Origin: Octopus sinensis
Taxonomy: Eukaryota
Direction: 5' to 3'
DNA length: 64,000 bases
Assembly (NCBI RefSeq): GCF_006345805.1
Contig: NC_043004.1
Location: 49,104,001-49,168,000 of the forward strand
Below are positions 49,720 through 62,599 of the stretch, piece after piece. The position numbers were made by a program, and so were the translations under genes. Within the stretch, counting starts at the first letter, position 1. Every line of letters begins with the position of its first letter. The notes beneath the pieces were generated by a model. That model saw only the letters and a list, made by a program, of their open reading frames with translations, was not told the origin of the DNA and made no database searches.

Positions 49720-51030
49720 ATCAAATGGATGTCTTATTCCGCACATACAAAACAGCCGTACCAACAATCCAACACACCTCCATCATCAGCTGCCCCACGG
49801 ATATTGCTATGGTTTCGACACTTGGGCAGTACCGTTAAATACGGCGGTGCAACTCTTTCAAACAGATATCAGTAATCAGAGAACCTCATATAATTGTAAT
49901 TACATCATATTATACACTCTAAATGACTTTCAAATTAGCGTTTATGTGCTCGTATCTGATAGATGGTATCCTTATTGACTGGTGATCAGCTGTAGTCTAG
50001 GATCCATTCGCAATTATCAATGATATTAAATACGTTAATCTTCATTTGATATTAATGTGTGAAAAATCTTTGAGCACTTCAGGTAAAGACTTAGGAAAAA
50101 ATATGTAAGGTAATGTCAATATATGAAAGCATAGAGAAAACATACTCGTTATGTTACGGAGGTTGTTTAATGGCCTTATAATATTTTGGAAAAAATCCCC
50201 CTTATCAAATAGAAGAAAGAAAGTAATCATTGCTCATAGAAATGTATTGTTATCAGCAGGTCATTCTAATGTATGTTTTCCTTCTATTTGATAAAGTAAT
50301 ACAATATTTTTCTCTACAATATTTTTCTCTTTGCATTTGTTTATTCACACCACGTTACATATTTTGACTAACTCCTTACCAGTATTACTCCAAGGTTTTT
50401 TTTAGAAAAAAATATCATTGACACACATTTCAATGCTTCAAACAAAGCATATTACAATACTCTTAACTTTTATTTTATCACAGCAAACATTCGGATTAGT
50501 GGAGTTGTTCGACAAAAGTCGGAGAATAAAACTTAAATTCGAAATAATAAAAGGAGGTTTTATTACTTACTAAAATTAAAAAAAAGAAAATGATTTTTTC
50601 ATCTTTTAATTATATGTTTTTTAAATTCCATTTATATTTTATACTATTTTATGACATTCCCCAGTCTTCAATTTATTTCTTATATTTCATTAAAAATGTT
50701 TTTCTAAGTTTTAACTACTTTTGGGTCTTCTCTGTTTTTCTTATTATTGTGTCTGACACACACACATACTCACACACACACACTCACACACACATAATAT
50801 ATATAATGAATTAATGCTTAAGCACTATAAAAATATATCCATTGAATTTAAGAGCTCAATTTTTATCATGTCATTAATCTCCAATATATTATTACATCAA
50901 TGCAATATCCATAATAGGAATGAGTTTGCAGAAAAATATATTAAACCAACAAAGAATGTTCAGAGCAGAATATTCCAAGGGATAAAAACAAAGATCTCAT
51001 TGATATTTCAAAAATTTTATTCTTAAGCTC
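49720..51030 (-). pseudogene. Possible heavily decayed PLE ORF remnant
   Basis: Minus-strand fragments KVKSIV.CFV, LTLPYI...EVLKDF and LKELHRRI resemble the PLE RT thumb, linker and GIY-YIG; many stops. Confidence 0.35.
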
Positions 51031-51109
51031 TACAACTGTTTCAACAGCTAAATATACAAACACCACCACCTATACAATCATAGAATAATTTATACACACG
51101 CACGCACAC

Positions 51110-51166
<57 letters not shown>

Positions 51167-51322
51167 AGAGTTTATTAATTTCAATGAGATGTGCAAAACG
51201 TTTCATCAAGAAATGGCTTTGAAATATTTCGGTTTTATTCCTTGTGATTAAGTTTACTTAGTTTACTCAAGGTATTTTTATATGTCAATTATGTAGTGAT
51301 AATATTGACAATGCCCTTTCTA

Positions 51323-51820
51323 TACGTGGTCTGATCAATAAGTATCCGGCGGACTGTTATCATAGTAACGAAGCTAAACCTCGCAGAGTAAAGCCGCTTT
51401 GCACAGATTGATTTTGAACTCCGCTGTGCATGCGCACTAAGTTTTAACGCTCTTTTAACGTTTTCAGCTGACCAAAAATACACTCGGGTTTCAGTTGCCC
51501 AAGATCTCTTTGATTGTCGCGAACGATGAAGACTTGTTGAAAACTTTGCGAAGGCCTCTGAGCAGGAATCGCCAAGCTTTTGCTAAAATTTGACGCAGAT
51601 TCTCTGCTCTGTTTTCTGTCATGGTCAATGCAACGATCACACGTTACATGCGTTCCTTCCAAGCACTGCTGTAAACAGCAGAAGTAAGTTAGAATATTGA
51701 AACTTAGTACACATGTACAACAGAGCTCAAGTTCGATCTGTACCAAGTGGCGTCACTCTGCATGCTTTAGTATTGCTACTATGGCAACAATCCGGATACT
51801 TATTGATCAACCACGTCGTA
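51323..51820 (-). mobile_element. Mariner-derived MITE with long imperfect TIRs
   Basis: TGATCAATAAGTATCCGG at both ends in inverted orientation, with similarity extending about 100 bp. The interior minus strand encodes EQRICVKF*QKLGDSCSE (mariner N-terminus). Confidence 0.85.
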
Positions 51821-51883
51821 TATATTTATATACAGATACACACATACTTACACACATGCATGCTTATATATATATATATATAT

Positions 51884-51923
<40 letters not shown>

Positions 51924-52054
51924 ATATGTAAAAAAGTAAAAAAATACAAACTGGGACAAGAACGTGAAACATTAGAAGACGACCAAAAAAACACGGACGG
52001 GACATTCGAAGCCTTCAAAATTCAGTCAAGAACGGATCATCTTCGCAATTTCGG

Positions 52055-52089
<35 letters not shown>

Positions 52090-52091
<2 letters not shown>

Positions 52092-52364
52092 TTCTTTCTT
52101 CTAACCACTCAGTCGAAGTCGACTCTCGGTCACTCGTTGGATCAGTGTCCTCCAGTCAGTTCTATCCTGGGCCGCTTCTTTCAGACTGGCTATGTCCATT
52201 CCGGTATCACTCTTGATGGTGTCAAGCCAGCGAGTTCTTGGTCGGCGTGTTCCTCTCTTGCCACTGACTATTCCGAGCATGATGTCCTTCTCCAGGGATT
52301 TTCTCCGCATAATATGACCGAAATATGCCAATCTATGCTTGGTGATCCCAGCTTCTAGCGACAT
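52090..52364 (-). mobile_element. RTE-clade LINE 3' fragment
   Basis: RLAYFGHIMRRKSLEKDIMLG.VSGKRG..RPRTRWLD.IK..DWRTLI..VTESRLRL* followed by a (GAA)n-like tail. Confidence 0.9.
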
Positions 52365-52878
52365 TTATATATATATATATATATACACACACACATACAT
52401 ATGTGTGTGTTTGTTTGTCTGTATGTGCGCGCGGCGTGCTTCGGAGTTGGATACTTGCATCTGATTTATTTGGAAACTGTGCGTTGAAACTGAAACGCTC
52501 TTATTGCAGAAGAGGCGACGTTAATAATTCAAAAACACAAGTAAGGTATGCGTGTTTATTTCTTAAAAGTAATAAATATACGTAATAATATGACGGCAAT
52601 GTTTAGTTGCACTCTTGCCACCTGGTCACTGACGCATGTCCACAGCATCGGTTGAAAGTCAAATCCAGGTCAGTTTTTAAAGCCTCGAGAGATTTCTTTC
52701 TCTGGTCTTCCTTAATTATCGTTTTCTTAATTGCATTTCTTTTTAATTATGGGAGTGATTAATGGTTTTACACGTCAGTTTTGCGCATAAAATTCTTTTA
52801 TAATGTTTTTATGCTTTGGCCAGCTGTCCATTTGAGTGAGAATGACCTTGCAAATCGCTGTCTTATTTATTTATTTAT

Positions 52879-53339
52879 GGGATCTTTTCGGTCTGAACGG
52901 CAGTTTTTAACATAATTTCTAGGTAACTAAAAAATTTTAAACTTCGTATACTGGCAGACTGTGTTTATAAAACATCTTTTTCTCTTGGCTTTACTGAGAA
53001 AATTCTATAGTTTGTAAGATATTTGTTATTTTTTTTCTTCAATTTCTGCAATTTCAACCAATCACTGACGTCTATTGAGGTAAACAACATTCTGTGCCGT
53101 ATGAATATGTCCCTCGTTTAAGAAACAGATTGGGTTTATTTACATTTGTGAAGAAAAAAAAAGATACCCTTCCCCCACCCCTAACCATGACCCTAACCCT
53201 AACCCTAACCCTAACCCTAACTAACCCTAACCCTAAAAGAGATTGAAATGCAATAGATCGATTCTAGGGTCATAATTATGGGTGACAATTTCATATGACA
53301 CCGCTAGAAAAAAACTGCCGTTCAAACCGAGTAGATCCT
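52879..53339. mobile_element. MITE with ~28-bp TIRs and an internal (TAACCC)n telomere-like tract (53179-53236)
   Basis: GGATCTTTTCGGTCTGAACGGCAGTTTT / AAAACTGCCGTTCAAACCGAGTAGATCC. A second copy is inverted at 63646. Confidence 0.85.
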
Positions 53340-53680
53340 ATTTATTTATTATTAATATCACTTTTAGTTGTATTTTCTACATCTGGGGTATGAAGTGAGG
53401 TAAAGTGGTTGAGCGGCTGGAAACATTGCTCGCTATGTAGTTTTTTCAAAGTAATTATATAATACTTCTTATAGAACAATTATTTTATTACATTTGTCTT
53501 CGTATAAGCCTGATTAAGTTATTACTGAGTTCATACAGCTGGCTGTTTTTGATTAGCAAAAGAAATAAAACTTACATGTATATAAATTGTTATTCAACTG
53601 ATCCAAGGAAGGTGGGCATATCTCCATGCATTAGGTAAGGTTCCTTGGTTTTGCCACTTTCAGACATTGTATGCATTACT

Positions 53681-54328
53681 ATTTGAAGAGTCTGAAACAG
53701 GTCCTGCATTATCCGTTTCTAGGCTTTTCATTTTTCAGATGTTCTTCCTAGAGGTAAGACAAATTTTTTTCATGTTTGTTGCACACACACACACGTCTTT
53801 GCTAGTATATACGCAGTGAAGCTATACAATAGCGTCGTATTTATTACGATCGCTATTTTCCAGTAAATATCGGTACTTCGTTGTACCATTTATTTACTTT
53901 TATATGTATAATTTTACCCTTACGAGCTATCTTTTACTGGAAAGCAATACTTTCGTATTGCGTTACTATTTTCATTGAAACTTCTTCACTGTTCTCGTTC
54001 TGTTAACGTTTTGGTGTTCAGACGAGTGTACTGGCATAGATGTGGCAACATTTGAAATTTTGTCTAGGTATATGCAGCTGATGAGGACAAATCAAATCTA
54101 CGTTGTCAAACACATTTGAAGAGTCTGAAACCGGTCCTGCATTATCCGTTTCTAGGTTTTTCATTTTTCAGATGTTCTTCCTAGAGGTAAGACAATTTTT
54201 TTCATGTTTGTTGCACACACACACACGTCTTTGCTAGTATATACGCAGTGAAGCTATACAATAGCGTCGTATTTATTACGATCGCTATTTTCCATAAATA
54301 TCGGTACTTCGTTGTACCATTTATTTAC
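53681..54328 (+). mobile_element. Retrozyme-like / PLE terminal repeat: ~433-nt unit in partial tandem with a hammerhead
   Basis: 53681-53897 is repeated at 54114-54328. The repeat junction carries a complete hammerhead; the upstream copy has only its 3' half. Confidence 0.75.
54072..54142 (+). ncRNA. Type I hammerhead ribozyme (minimal, palindromic stem III)
   Basis: ATGCAG-CTGATGA-GGAC...GTCT-GAAA-CCGG-TC-CTGCAT. Stem I is 6/6 paired and the core is intact; predicted cleavage after C54136. Confidence 0.8.
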
Positions 54329-54376
<48 letters not shown>

Positions 54377-54378
<2 letters not shown>

Positions 54379-54682
54379 GGAGGCGCAATGACCCAGTGGT
54401 TAGGGCAGTGGACTCGCGGTTGTAGGATCGCGGTTTTGATTCCCAAACTGGGCATTGTGAGTGTTTATTGAGCGAAAACACCCAAAGCCCCACGAGGCTC
54501 CGGCAGAGGCTGGTGGCGATTCCTGCTGTACTCATTCGCCACAACTTTCTCTCACCTTTTCTTCTGTAGGCCTGCTCGCTTAGCCAGCGGGGTGACGTCA
54601 TTTGAAGGCTAAATAACAATGTGAAGCGCATTGTGACCACGATGTGTAGTAACATCTGATAGCCTGGTCGGTCACGGTGATA
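54377..54682 (+). mobile_element. SINE, family C-related subfamily
   Basis: GGAGGCGCAATGACCCAGTGGTTAG head and CGCCACAACTTTCTCTCAC body shared with family C; different 3' part. Confidence 0.8.
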
Positions 54683-54746
54683 TATATATATAATTTGAAA
54701 AATAGGATAAAATCTTTATAAGAAAATGTTATATATATAATATAAT

Positions 54747-54805
<59 letters not shown>

Positions 54806-54949
54806 TATATATACATACATACATATATCAAATTCCCTTCACGATAGTATAAATGCTACGATTGTCTACTCATCTCCACACCCCAGTAGGAGTTTTATCG
54901 AACTATAAGTTGAGCTAAGGATAAAGAACACAACCAATGAAATACCTAA

Positions 54950-55560
54950 AACATATACATCCCACTCCATTCAGAGGAAATGTATAGCAAATCCACTAGT
55001 AATCAATTATAGGCAGATTATCCAAAAAGGCTCTGTAATGAAGTAATTTGCAAAAGTGAACTCCTTATTGGTAAATATCGTAAGAATAAATAGGAATATG
55101 TCACAACTGTGTCAACCTCACGAACGTTGGGAGCATATCCAATACTTTCTCCATGGAGTTTTCTGGCTGAACACAAAAATGGTAGGATCAGAATGTATAA
55201 TACGAGTATGCCTTTTATAACGTTTTATACATTTTGTCTTAGAGTAGCCAGAGAAAATAGTAAAATTGCTAAGATTAGTAGGTGGTGCGATGAAAGAATA
55301 TTTAACAGTAATATTCTTAAAAACCACTTTCAGTTGTGAAATAACTAGTGGATTTAAGATAATCTTCTTCGAATCAAAGCTCAGTATTAAAATCGTCGTG
55401 AAAACAAGTAGACCTATGAAATCTATCATATGTAAATTCTACATCTTTGACAGATATATCCGTAGGAAGAATTGTAGATATGTGCTACAAAGACACATAC
55501 CAATTGCCAACAAAATATATAGTATACTGTATGATATGCTAAGGATTCATCATTTTATTG
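54950..55560 (-). pseudogene. Possible decayed PLE linker/GIY-YIG remnant
   Basis: FDSKKIILN...LKVVFKNITV.YSF..PP resembles PLE post-RT linker sequence as I recall it; many lesions. Confidence 0.35.
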
Positions 55561-55767
55561 TTCGACCGTAGTCGAGACAATGGAATTTACCACGCTACGC
55601 CAGACTTCACGGTCCATCATAGCATTACAGAGGTCAAGGATAATCATGCGTAAACCCTTGCTCTGAATGGTGCAGCACTAACATACCATACTTAAGATTT
55701 GCAAATATGCACAGCCCTTTTATCAGTTTCATAATACTTTACCCCCCCCCCCCCCCACACACACACA

Positions 55768-56790
55768 TAAGAGGGCGAGTCAAAAAATTATACGCACTCT
55801 TGTTTTTTCAATGTATTTACACAAAAGCAGGGGATAAACAAGCATGTCATTTTTCTGTATAGTACCCTTCCTTTTCAAGGCACTTGGTCCAGCGGTCTAC
55901 AAGCTTCGGTATTCCCTCCAAGAAGGTTTTCAGTTGGTCGTGCATTCATTTATGCATCGCTTCCTTCACATCTTCCTCCGCAGGAAACCGACGACCTCGT
56001 AAACCATCTTTGAGCTGTCCAAAGATATGATTGTCGGAAGGGGCAAGATCTGGGCTGTAGGCAGAGTGTTCCAGCAACACAAAACCCAATTGGTTAATGG
56101 CTTCAATGGTCTGGGCGTGCATTGTCATGCAACAACAAAACTTCTTTTGACAATAGGCTTCGACGTTTGGTGCGAATTGCTGGCTTCAGTTTGTTGGCCA
56201 GCAAAGCACTGTATCTTACACTGTTGATCGTATAACCCTTTTCTGGGCAGTCTTATAGTATAGGCCCTATTGAGTCACAATTCAGGGTTAGAATCACCTA
56301 TCTCGCGGAAGACAGAGTCTTGAAATTCTACGTCGCTAGCGAGCCAGGATGTTTTCACTCCATACTTTGTCTTTTGGATTCTGTCTCATTATGATAGACC
56401 CACGTTTCCTCTTCTGTCACTATTCTGCTCAAAAATTTGTCGCCCTCATTGGGTCATCGAGTAAACGTTGGCAGATATCAAGACGTTTGCGCTTGTGCTC
56501 TGCAGTAAGCTCTCTTCGCAACCATCTTGCACAGACTTTATGGAAATCTAGCTCATCGTGGATGATTTGATAGGCAGAACCATGACTAATCTGCCGGGAA
56601 CGAGGTACCTCATCGATGATAACTCGCCGCTTCACCATTACCACCGCTCGATTTTGCTGAATCTTCTCGTCAGTGGTAGAGGTTAAAGGGGGCGTCCTGT
56701 TCCCGCTTCATGCGTTACATTTGTCCGGCCACTTTTAAACTTCTTGATCCACCCATACACACTTCTACGCGGTAGTACACTCCTTATATT
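55768..56790 (-). mobile_element. Mariner (DD34D) transposon, 5'-truncated and decayed
   Basis: ISHGSAYQIIHDELDFHKVCARW..RELTAEHK; EETWVYH.ETESKRQSM; HSAYSPDLAPSD.HIFGQLKDGLRGRRF. TIR-like TA(A)GAGGGCGAGTCAAAAA at 55768. Confidence 0.9.
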
Positions 56791-57043
56791 CTGCAGAAGG
56801 CAGTGTAACAAAAATAAAGAGAAGTTATGACGAAAGTGTGGATAATTTTGATTTCCCCTCGTATATATATTATATATATTTCCCTACCAAGAATTCACTC
56901 GGACCTCGAACCCACGAGAGTAAACAAGAGAGACAGAGACAGGCAGAAACAAGGAAAGTGGCACTTGTACTTGAACACTATACAAATATTCTTTTTTAAA
57001 AACTTTTCTTTTAATTTTTCTAAATTTAATTATTTAATTGTTA

Positions 57044-57079
57044 CAGTTGAAAAAGTCTCAATGACTGAAACCGGTACTG
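57044..57079 (+). ncRNA. Decayed minimal hammerhead motif
   Basis: CAG-TTGAAAA-AGTC-TCAAT-GACT-GAAA-CCGG-TA-CTG. All stems pair, but the core has two transitions relative to CTGAAGA. Confidence 0.5.
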
Positions 57080-57247
57080 AAATGTTTTTTATAAAATTAT
57101 TTTAGCATTTTCTATCTTGTCTTTATTTTTCCACACACACACAAACACACACACACACACAACACATACACACAACAACACACAACACACACACACACAC
57201 ACACACACACACCACACACACATACACACCACACACAACACACACAC

Positions 57248-57306
<59 letters not shown>

Positions 57307-57965
57307 GTTTAAGAGTAAAGATCCTCTTCCGCCGTGAATGACCATGGGATTCCACCTAGAAAGATACCCTTAAAATCACAAGTCTGGGCAAGGTTTCTTT
57401 TTTATGGAAGACCTGCAGTCGCCCGTGCAAACCAGCTTCCCGTCTCCACACCACTGATGTTATCCAAAAGAAAGACAAAGACCGATATTGTTTGCCACCA
57501 GTGACGTCGCAACTCATTTCTACAGCTGAATGAACTGGAGCAACGTTAAGTAATCAAACTCACTACCTCACGATTGTGAAACGAACGCACTAACCACTGA
57601 GCCATGCGCCTTCACACACACACAGACACGCACTCACACGCACGCACGCACGTTCGTACACACATACACATAAACACACTCTCACCTCTCTGCCGTAACC
57701 GCTGGGCCATTGCGCCTTAATATACATATGAATATATACTAGATGTAAAGCAACGAACAGGCAGAAACGTTAGCACGATGGGCAAAACGCTTAGCGACAT
57801 TTCAGCCAACTTTACGTTCTGAGTTCAAATCCCGCTGAGGTCATCTTTGCCTCTCATCCCTTCTAAGGTCGATAAAGAAAGTACAAGTTGAGAATTAGGG
57901 GCGGTGTAATCGACTTACCTACTCTCTCAAACTTGCTGGCTTTGTTCCAAAATTTGAAACCAATA

Positions 57966-58359
57966 TCTCTTTTACTCGTTTCAGTCTTTTGACTGCGGCC
58001 ATGCTGAAGCACCGCCTTTAATCGAGCAACTCGACCCCGGGACTTATGCTTTGTAAGCCCAGTACTTATTCTATCGGTCTCTTTTGCCGAACCGCTAAGT
58101 TACGGGGACATAAACACACCAGCATCGGTTGTCAAGCAATGCTAGGAGGGGACACACAAATACACACACGCATATATATATATATATACATATATACGAC
58201 GGGCTTCTTTCAGTTTCCGTCTACCAAATCCACTCAGAAGGCTTTGGTCGGCCCGAGGCTATAGTAGAAGACACTTGCCGAAGGTGCCACGCAGTGGGAC
58301 TGAACCCGGAACCATGTGGTTGGTTAGCAAGCTACTTACCACACAGCCACTCCTGCGCC
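57966..58359 (-). mobile_element. SINE family A, full length
   Basis: Minus strand starts GGCGCAGGAGTGGCTGTGTGGTAAG. Preceded by a family B copy (about 57760-57962, +) and followed by an inverted partial family A copy (about 58409-58645, +). Confidence 0.9.
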
Positions 58360-58744
58360 AATATATATATAATTGATTAATTAATTAATTGATGGATGAA
58401 TCGATCGATCCGGGTTCAGTTCCATTGCCTAGAATTTTGGGATGGATGGATCGATCTGGCTTCAGTTCCACTGCGTGGCATCTTGGACAAGAATAGTTTC
58501 GTGCCAACCCTCCATTATCTAACGGTTCGGCAAAAGAGACCGACAGAATAAGTACCAGGCCTAATAAATAGGTACTGGGTCGAGTTATTCGATTAAAAAT
58601 CCATCAGCAGCATGGTCGCAGTCTAATGATTGAACCATGTAAAAAATATCTTTGTGTATTAACGCACGAGAATATATGTATTTAGATACGCATATTACAG
58701 CATATCTACACAGTGCTGTATGGATGTATACGAGCATATATTCA

Positions 58745-58776
<32 letters not shown>

Positions 58777-58814
58777 CATACATATACATACATATACATA
58801 CATACATATATATA

Positions 58815-59043
58815 TATTTCTTTACTACCCACAAGGGGCTAAACATAGAGGGGACAAACAAGGACAGACAAAGGGATTAAATCGATCACATCGACCCCAG
58901 TGCGTTACTGGTACTTAATTTATCGACCCCGAAAGGATGAAAGGCAAAGTCGACCTCGGCGGAATTTGAACTCAGAACACTTAACGGCAGACGAAATACG
59001 GCTACGCATTTCGCCCGGCGTGCTAACGTTTCTGCCAGCTCGC
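58815..59043 (-). mobile_element. SINE family B, full length
   Basis: Near-identical reverse complement of the 60043 copy. Confidence 0.9.
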
Positions 59044-59081
59044 ATATATATATATATATATAAACACACACACACACATAA

Positions 59082-59116
<35 letters not shown>

Positions 59117-59121
59117 TAAAT

Positions 59122-59167
<46 letters not shown>

Positions 59168-60042
59168 ACATAAATATATATATATATATATAAATATATC
59201 AATGTTTTAACACACATATATATCATTCTCTACTTATATACTTGTATGCATCTTGGTTGACTTACACACACAGTAATTCAGGTAAAAGTTTATAAGAAAA
59301 TTAATCAAATTCGGACTAGCTTTATATTTCATTTTTCACTATTTTTTGATAAACTTATTGCATCTAATCAAATTATCCAAATATTTTTCTGACAATGATA
59401 AATAATGTTCAGGTTTCACTTCTGTTCACCAATCACCATCCATATCTTTGTGCTGTCGTCGTCATTGATATCAACACAGAAGATAAGAGAAGTGAATCAG
59501 CTTGTTGCTGCTTCTAAATATGACATTCATTAATTCTTACAGCACAGAAGCCATTAAAACCGAGATTTGTTGAAAATATATTCCGCTGCATCGATCCACT
59601 TACAATCAGTCGGTAATAGTCTTTTAATTTTAGTTTTAACCAAAATAAAATTCGAGACAGAATTTAGGTCGTTACCGATTCATCGTGGAGCTAGAAATAA
59701 CACACAAAGCAAGATATTTCGTTTGAAACAATCCAATTACGAGAGAACTAAAACTTTTACGAAACGTTTCTTTTAGTGGGAGTCTAATGAGATTTTGTAT
59801 TTTCTTTTTATATGCATGAGCAAATAAACGTATACTTTTCCCCCACCTCGACAATCTTCAAATGTTGGCACAAATATAGCCATGGTAAAGCGCAGGTTTG
59901 ACGGTGGTAAGGTGCAAGTATGGATGTGTATAGGCGCAGATATGGCTGCGCGGTTAAGAAGCTCACATTAAAACTACGTGGTTTCGGGTTCGCTCTCTGT
60001 GCTGCACCTTGAGGAAGGGTCAACTATAATAGCTCCGGATAA

Positions 60043-60273
60043 GGCGGCGATCTGGCAGAAACGTTTGCACGCCGGGCGAAATGCGTAGCCGTATTTCGTC
60101 TGCCGTTACGTTCTGGGTTCAAATTCCGCCGAGGTCGACTTTGCCTTTCATCCTTTCGGGGTCGATAAATTAAGTACCAGTTACGCACTGGGGTCGATGT
60201 AATCGACTTAATCCGTTTGTTTGTCCCTTTTTGTCCCCTCTGTGTTTAGCCCCTTATGGGTAGTAAAGAAATA
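60043..60273 (+). mobile_element. SINE family B with 16-bp TSD, nested in an older family A-like SINE (about 59933-60350)
   Basis: TATAATAGCTCCGGAT occurs at 60025-60040 and 60274-60289. Confidence 0.92.
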
Positions 60274-60405
60274 TATAATAGCTCCGGATTGACCAATGTC
60301 TTGTGCGTGAATTTGTGAATCTGGAAGGTGGAAACTGTGCTGAAGTCCGCCTCACATACACACACACATATGCATATGTATATATATATATATAATTACA
60401 CACAT

Positions 60406-60470
<65 letters not shown>

Positions 60471-60806
60471 AATACACACACACGTACACATATGCATACA
60501 TATGCGTGTGTGTGTGTGCGCGCGCACATTTGCGTTTGTTTCCCACCACTGTCTGTCGTTCTTTTCGTCCCTATAACTTAGCAGTTTGGCAAAAAAAAAA
60601 AAAACCTGACAGATTAAGTACCAGACTTAAAACATAAGTATTGGGGGTAGATTTGCCCAAGCATGGCCATAATCCAATGATTGAAACAAGCAAAAGATAA
60701 AAGAACCATGAGAAATAAGAGTTCCATGGTCCATACTGTGATATAAAAAACAAAGGAAAAACAACGAGCCAAAAAGCAATTAGCACTGTTCATTCCCCCT
60801 GCAAGT

Positions 60807-61088
60807 GGAGGCACATGGCCTAGTGGTTAGAGCAGCGGACTCGCGGTCGAGGGATCGCGAGTTCGAATCTCAGACCGGGCAATGTGTGTGTTTATGAGCG
60901 AAGCACCTAAGCTCCACGCGGCTCCGGCAGAAGGTAATGGCGAACTTCTGCTGACTCTTTCGCCACAACTTTCTCTCACTCTTTCCTCCTGCATCTTGCA
61001 GCTCATCTGCGATGGACCGGCGTCCCGTCCAAGGAAACCGGGAAACCGGCCCTTATGAGCCAGGCATGGCTCGAGAAGGAACAAACAA
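60807..61088 (+). mobile_element. SINE family C
   Basis: Near-identical to the 28062 copy with a small internal deletion. Confidence 0.9.
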
Positions 61089-61136
61089 AAATTCATCCTG
61101 TATAGTTAAATGCATGTTTATTAATTTAATGTGAAA

Positions 61137-61421
61137 ACGTGTGGTTTAGTTTGTTAGGGTGTTTGGCTCACGATCTTAAGGTCTTGGGCTCAATTCCTGG
61201 CACCGCGTTGTGTCATTGAGCAAGATACGTTATTTCATCGTGAAATACAGTTACTACTCAAAAATAAGTAGTAACTGTATTTCAAAGGGTCAGCCGTGTC
61301 ACACTGAATCTCCGAGTACTACGTTAAGAATACGCGTGTCTGTGGAGTACTCAGCCACTTGCACGTTAATTTCATCAGCAGGATCAACTGGAACCCTCGT
61401 CGTCGTAACCGATGGAGTGCC
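61137..61421 (+). mobile_element. SINE family D
   Basis: Matches 24714-25031. Confidence 0.85.
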
Positions 61422-62059
61422 GGTTTAAAAAAAAATTAAATTAGATAGCACGCGTCATGTTTTTACCATCGGATTATTGAAATAGCTGAGCAGTTTCGTA
61501 CCTACTTGACATAGTTGAATTAAAGACTTAGTTCTGGTGTTGTTCACGAGGAAGATATTTCATTTAATCACTGCTTTTATTTCTAAGAATATTCCTTTTT
61601 CAATAACTAGCTCAGGTCACCACAATAGTCGGTGCCTACAACAGGAAAATCAATCATTCGTATTGCGTCACCAGTGCTTTGCCATCATACTACTGTCAAA
61701 GACTTTTGCGACCCAACAAAGCAATCAACGTGTAAGTAAATAGATTCTATGAGGAAGTACAGTTCGCTCTTCTAGATGCCGAGGTATGTATGGTATAATT
61801 AACAATTTTTGTCATTGTTAATTTGCAGTGCTGGATCTAAAATACTTCTGTAGGTTTAGTAAGGAGGCAGATAAAGTCAGCTAACCTATATAATTATTTT
61901 GGTTGAAGTAAACGTTTCCATTGTTGTCCAAATGACCAACAATTTATGTGATACTCAAAATGTATAACCTGACGTAGCAACAGCTTCATCATAGTTAATA
62001 TTTATTTCACCAAGTGAAATATTTATTTATTAATATCTATTAATTTCTATTTCACCAAT

Positions 62060-62462
62060 CAGGTAGAATCGTTAGCACGCCGGGCAACAGGCTAAGCAGC
62101 ATTTCGTTCGGTTTTTACGTTCTCAGTTCAAATTCTGTCGAGGTCGACTTTGCCTTTCATCCTTTCGGAGGTCGACCATAAAATAAGTACCAGTTGAGCA
62201 CTGAAGTCGATGCAATCAACTTAACCCCTCACCTGGTCTTATGACAACGTTTGAAACCAATATCTTTTTTTACTAAAGGCAGCGAACTGGCAGAATCGTT
62301 AGCACCCCAAACAAAATGTTTGGCGGCGCTTCTTCCGGATTTACGTTCTAGGTTCAAATTTCACCGATGTTGACTTTACTCTTCATCCTATAGGGGTCGA
62401 TGTCATCGACTTACTCTCTCCTGCGAATTTGCTGGCCTTGTGCCAAAGCTTGAAATCAATAC
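62060..62462 (+). mobile_element. Two tandem diverged family B SINEs
   Basis: GGCAGAATCGTTAGCAC heads at about 62063 and 62290, each followed by the central domain. Confidence 0.8.
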
Positions 62463-62599
62463 TCCTTTTACTAAAAAAAAAAAAAAAAGACCGCCCTTTG
62501 AAATTATTAGAGAAATTCTCTCTTTAGGATCACGATTTACTCGCTACAATATTATATTAAGTACACTTCGAACTTGTAGCATTATTGCCTGACTCAAAC

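Noticed and set aside
53179-53236. Telomere or chromosome-fusion scar
   Set aside because: The tract is short and sits inside a TIR-bounded MITE that has a second copy in the window.
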